Positions 7,380-11,060 of a stretch of DNA of 11,060 bases are shown here, piece after piece (position 1 is the first letter of the stretch; each line of letters starts with the position of its first letter). The notes beneath the pieces were generated by a model. That model saw only the letters and a program-made list of their open reading frames with translations, was not told the DNA's origin and did not search any database. The position numbers were made by a program, and so were the translations under genes. The stretch lies in contig JAAOMT010000433.1 of the NCBI GenBank assembly GCA_016748015.1, forward strand, positions 1-11,060. Reading direction: 5' to 3'. This DNA comes from Geosiphon pyriformis uo1. Lineage: Eukaryota; Fungi; Glomeromycota.

Positions 7380-7623
7380 GCCCTTCTGGGCACCTATTGA
7401 AGGATAGCGGTTTCACCGCGATTTATACGTCTACGACGATTTACATGACAATATCATTGTCAAAGAGGGTGTTTTGGTAATTTTTGCTAGAGATTATGCC
7501 TATCAGGCTACTAAGCGGTATCACCGCGGGTAAACGGTGCGTCTGCGACGGCTTACACGTGAGGACAACTTCATTGTCATGGTTGAGGTTTTGATTTGCG
7601 ATACGCAAAGGTTTTGATCAAAA
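7380..7623. repeat. Imperfect ~108-bp direct repeat built from short inverted repeats with 3-nt loops
   Basis: GCGGT-TTC-ACCGC (7407), CGTC-TAC-GACG (7428) and TGACAAT-ATC-ATTGTCA (7446), repeated as GCGGT-ATC-ACCGC (7515), CGTC-TGC-GACG (7540) and GACAA-C-TTC-A-TTGTC (7564). Confidence 0.85.
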
Positions 7624-7873
7624 TGCACTAAGCGTAGAAATAGTTGCAAATGAAAAAATATGATTCTACTTTAGANNNNNNNNNNNNNNNNNNNNAACTG
7701 AAATTTCTATTTTACTGGAATTTTTGATAGCATCGTATGCTTTGCTTTTACCTTCTTTTCGGCAGATTGTATAATAGAACGATAGCACGTCTTTTCGGCT
7801 AGTAGTACCACGCGATAGATCTCCTTTTGCATGCATGGTTGTGGAGAAAAGATGATTTGAAATGCCAGTGTTT

Positions 7874-7930
7874 CCTGTAAAATCCCTGTAAATTTTACTG
7901 GATTCCTGTAAAATTTTACAGGACTTTTAC
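7874..7930. repeat. CCTGTAAAA/TTTTAC(A/T)GG repeat cluster including a perfect 20-bp palindrome
   Basis: Copies at 7874, 7885, 7893 (rc), 7905 and 7914 (rc); TCCTGTAAAATTTTACAGGA at 7904-7923; another TTTTACTGGA at 7710. Confidence 0.85.
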
Positions 7931-8918
7931 ATGAAAGGAAAAAGGCACTTAATGAACTACGTTAAGGTTAAAAGGTTGAAGGTGGCTATATTCAGTTGGA
8001 CAACGTTAAAGAATTCCAGCAGCGCATGGACACGCATTCTTTGAAGGTAGTTGGCCCTACGGGGTATCTCTAAACCACACTTTGGAGAAACAGGGAGTGA
8101 TAGTGAAATCATTTGGGTCACAAGTCGCAGCATTTTTCATTTTTGGTATATATATACCAATACCAGCAGATACGTACGTACAAGGGAGATGAGCACGATC
8201 CTACCATCGGTTGCAAAATCAACCAAAAAGGCAATAAAGCAGTAGAAATCCATTTTTTACGCAGTAATTTGCCAGTTTCCCCCATCTCCCAGAGCCTCAA
8301 TTGGAGAGTTTTCATGCTCAATTTGCAAACTTTGGAAATAGTAGGATGTCAGATCATATTGGTGATGATATTCATCTCCATGGGATTGCTCTGAGAAATC
8401 TAAAAATCCAGCATGATTTTGATGTTCATGAAGGTCTCATTGACATTGGGCCTCTTCCTGCTCATGTTGCTGATGTTCCATTACTCCAAGACCACCATCT
8501 TGGACTATACATCAACAATCTGGCTAAAGCTGCTGGTTGTATGGTAGAGGAATTACCATACAAGCACCTTCATATCCTTGCTGAAGATACTGGAGAAGAA
8601 TTTCTGTCTGACTATTTTCATTCTCAAATGAAACGCAATGGAAACAACCTTACTATGCCAAATCCTGCTAATTATCTATGTGGTTGCTGTGCTATGCATG
8701 GATCAGTTCTACCAGTTCTACCTGATGGGGCTGTGCATGAGCCCACTCCTTTGTCTCCCACTGTTGTCATTGCAACAGACAGAGAACCTGTACAGCTGAT
8801 GGTTTTACCTATTCCAGGACAGGAAGAAACTTCAAAGTTCTGTTGCAGTAAGAAGCAGGAGCAATACCATCTTTACAAAATCCAAAAGGGAAGATACCCT
8901 CCTGGAAGAGTTCCACAT
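7921..8918 (+). pseudogene. Degenerate DNA transposase-like gene, C-terminal half (DUF6729-like, Mutator/ISL3-related DDE type)
   Basis: Frame +3 from 8268: EPQLESFHAQFANFGN...GIALRN...EDTGEEFLSDYFHSQMKRN...CGCC...CC...GRVPH. This resembles the recalled LESFH...G...N...TGE...EY...Q pattern of this family. Upstream 7921-8267 is broken by stops (7963, 7969, 8071) and frameshifts, and its assignment is weaker. Confidence 0.55.
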
Positions 8919-9088
8919 NNNNNNNNNNNNNNNNNNNNNNNNNNNNNNNNNNNNNNNNNNNNNNNNNNNNNNNNNNNNNNNNNNNNNNNNNNNNNNNNNN
9001 NNNNNNNNNNNNNNNNNNNNNNNNNNNNNNNNNNNNNNNNNNNNNNNNNNNNNNNNNNNNNNNNNNNNNNNNNNNNNNNNNNNNNNNN

Positions 9089-9198
9089 AAGGTTCCGGAA
9101 AAGGCATTGGTACTAAAGCTGAGCTCGCTCAAGGCCGTCAATTATCCCAACTCTGTCACCAACGTCCCCATGATGGAATTTCTATCGATTGCGAGATA
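9089..9198 (-). pseudogene. Leucine-rich repeat (24-aa, plant/stramenopile RLK-type) gene remnant
   Basis: YLAIDRNSIMGTLVTELG*LTALSELSFSTNAFSGT fits LxLxxNxLxGxIPxELGxLxxLxxLxLxxNxFSG. The in-frame TAA is at 9144-9142. Confidence 0.75.
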
Positions 9199-11060
9199 AC
9201 ACGTGCCGGATTGCCTTCCAAAACGTACATGGGATTCACTCCCTGCGACTCTCAATGGAAAACAAAATACATGAGTTAGTAGACAGCATGGACAAACACA
9301 ACATAGAATTACTTGGGGTATCAGAGCATCATATATCCATGTCCAACCATAAATGGCGCAAGAGACTCGCGGAGGCTGTCAATAACACTCGACCGGGCCA
9401 AATCGCACATCAATTTGACTCCGGGCCAGAAGTAGACCCATATGGCCGCCTCATTGGCGGAACGGGTTTCCTAGTGCGCGGAACCATGACGGGGAGAATC
9501 GAACCGGAAGGTAAAGGAGGGGATTCAATGGGCAGGTGGAGCTTTATCCACATGCGGCGACATCGGCGACCACCAGTCACGGTGATAACAGTCTACCAGG
9601 TGTGCCCGACACCCACTAATGCGATCGGAGATACAGCGTGGCATCAACAACGACGCTACTTGGATTTGCATCAACGCAATGATGAACACCCTCGAGCAGC
9701 ATTTGCAAAGGATCTCACCAAGTTCATCAAATCCCTTCAAGAAAGCAATCATGGAATTGTTGTTGGAGGCGATTGGAATGATTGGCTTGGGGCCAATAAC
9801 TCCAAATTACTTCGATTGTGCAACAGTCTACAGTTAGTGGATCCATGGATGAAGTTCCATCCCGACACGGTTGATTTTGCCACGTATGAAGGCGGACAAC
9901 ATCGTATTGACTCAGTCTTCGTTAGTCAGGAATTACAGCACCTGGTGAAGGGGATGTGCTACTCTCCCGTGGGGAAACTTTGTACAACAGATCATAGAGC
10001 AGTGATAGTTGAATTCGATTCACAGATGATGTTTGGAGCGACAACGAATCCAATGATGTCGGTAAAGGCACGGGCAATCCGGTCCAACGATCGTTCTGCT
10101 GTCACCAGATTTGTAAACACAATGCATCAACACCTGCTTGAACATAATGTCTTCCAACGTGCCAAGAAGCTTGAAACTGGGACTTTGGAGGAAAGTCACC
10201 TGGCAGAGCAGCTTGACAAACTAATTGGCGAGGGCGGGGATCTGGGAGAAAAACGTTGTCAGCGACGGAGATCTGAATGGTTTTCACGGCCGCTAGCGAG
10301 GGCGCGACAAACGGTGTCCTTATTGCGACACTACGTCAACGGACTGAAAGCAAGCAGAGACCGCGGCCCAGTCATTCAACAGAGGCTTCACGAGATAGGC
10401 GTCATGATCGAGTTACCAGTCAACATAGCGGAAGCGAGGAAATGTCTAATCCAACATGAACGCACACTTCGCGAACTTTGTATGACTGACGCCGACACAC
10501 GACGGACTGAATTAAGACAGAATGCCGACACCGCAACGACCACAGGAGAAGTGTCACGCGCCCGTGCCAATAGAGCCATCAACAAAAGCGAGGAAAACAT
10601 CCGAACATGGCGAATTCTACGATTCATGTCGGATAAAGGCAACATGCCTCAACTGGACAGGTTAGAAATTCCAGCCTCATGGCCAAATAGATCATCCCAC
10701 CATGGTGACAACACAGAGAGATTGGAAGATCCCAAATTGGCAAAGGAATGGCGAACGATCACGGATCCACACGAAATCGAACATTATTTAATGTTACGAA
10801 ATTATCAACATTTTGGCCAGGCCCAGGGCACCCCTTTTACCATTGCTCCGCTCAGCAATGATATTGACTGGACGGCAACATCATCCACAGCGGAAGAGGT
10901 CCTTCAAGGGCAGTATCGCAACAAAGGGCAGATCACTCATTTGTGTCAACGACTATTACGGCATATACCAGAGTCACAAGACATGCTCGCATCAATCCTC
11001 ACACCAGCAGAATTTAAAGGGAAAATGCAAGTCTGGAATGAAAAGACCTCGACGTCACCA
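9198..11060 (+). mobile_element. Non-LTR retrotransposon (LINE, Ambal-like) ORF2: APE endonuclease, linker and start of the RT region; 5'-truncated and continuing beyond the window
   Basis: Frame +3 is stop-free from 9174 to 11060 and is missing from the ORF track. APE motifs: RIAFQNVHG, LLGVSE, GGTG, DSMGRWS, TVITVY, VVGGDWND, ATYEGGQHRIDSVF, TDHRAV. Then RNYQHFGQAQGTPFT and WNEKTSTSP (pre-RT domain 0). The clade name comes from recalled motifs. Confidence 0.92.

Noticed and set aside
7380-7623. CRISPR array or tRNA/SINE
   Set aside because: Only two degenerate units, no identical repeats with unique spacers, no cas genes and a eukaryotic context. No cloverleaf or A/B boxes, and the loops are too short.
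9525-10645. Short ORFs within the LINE (9525-9752, 9619-9837, 10102-10287, 10277-10459, 10388-10645)
   Set aside because: Shadows of the true +3 frame.

Overview
This is a eukaryotic scaffold made up largely of transposable elements. The element types suggest a diatom or other stramenopile, which is an inference. It consists of seven short contigs separated by six N-gaps (698-717, 4357-4747, 5448-5467, 6984-7003, 7676-7695, 8919-9088), so order and orientation across gaps are uncertain. Left to right: the C-terminal part of a Ulp1/C48 SUMO-protease-like ORF; a minus-strand fragment of a large unknown gene split by a Ty1/copia retrotransposon (3' LTR 1429-1856, PPT, intact RT-RNaseH frame, integrase disabled by a D>N change and frameshifts); a spliced Cys/His-rich exon with a CCHC knuckle; a C2H2-finger gene start; a second, diverged copy of the unknown gene cut at a possible DNA-element terminus with subterminal repeats; a second LTR from an independent insertion; an array of short 3-nt-loop hairpins; a CpG-stripped DDE-type transposase remnant; a small LRR gene remnant; and a 5'-truncated APE-type (Ambal-like) LINE whose frame is open to the window end. 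The best candidate for a new system is the multicopy large gene. Its pieces resemble, by motif pattern only, fungal telomere-linked RecQ helicase/DUF3505 proteins and may belong to a Ulp1-carrying mobile element. No helicase or recombinase motifs are visible in this window.
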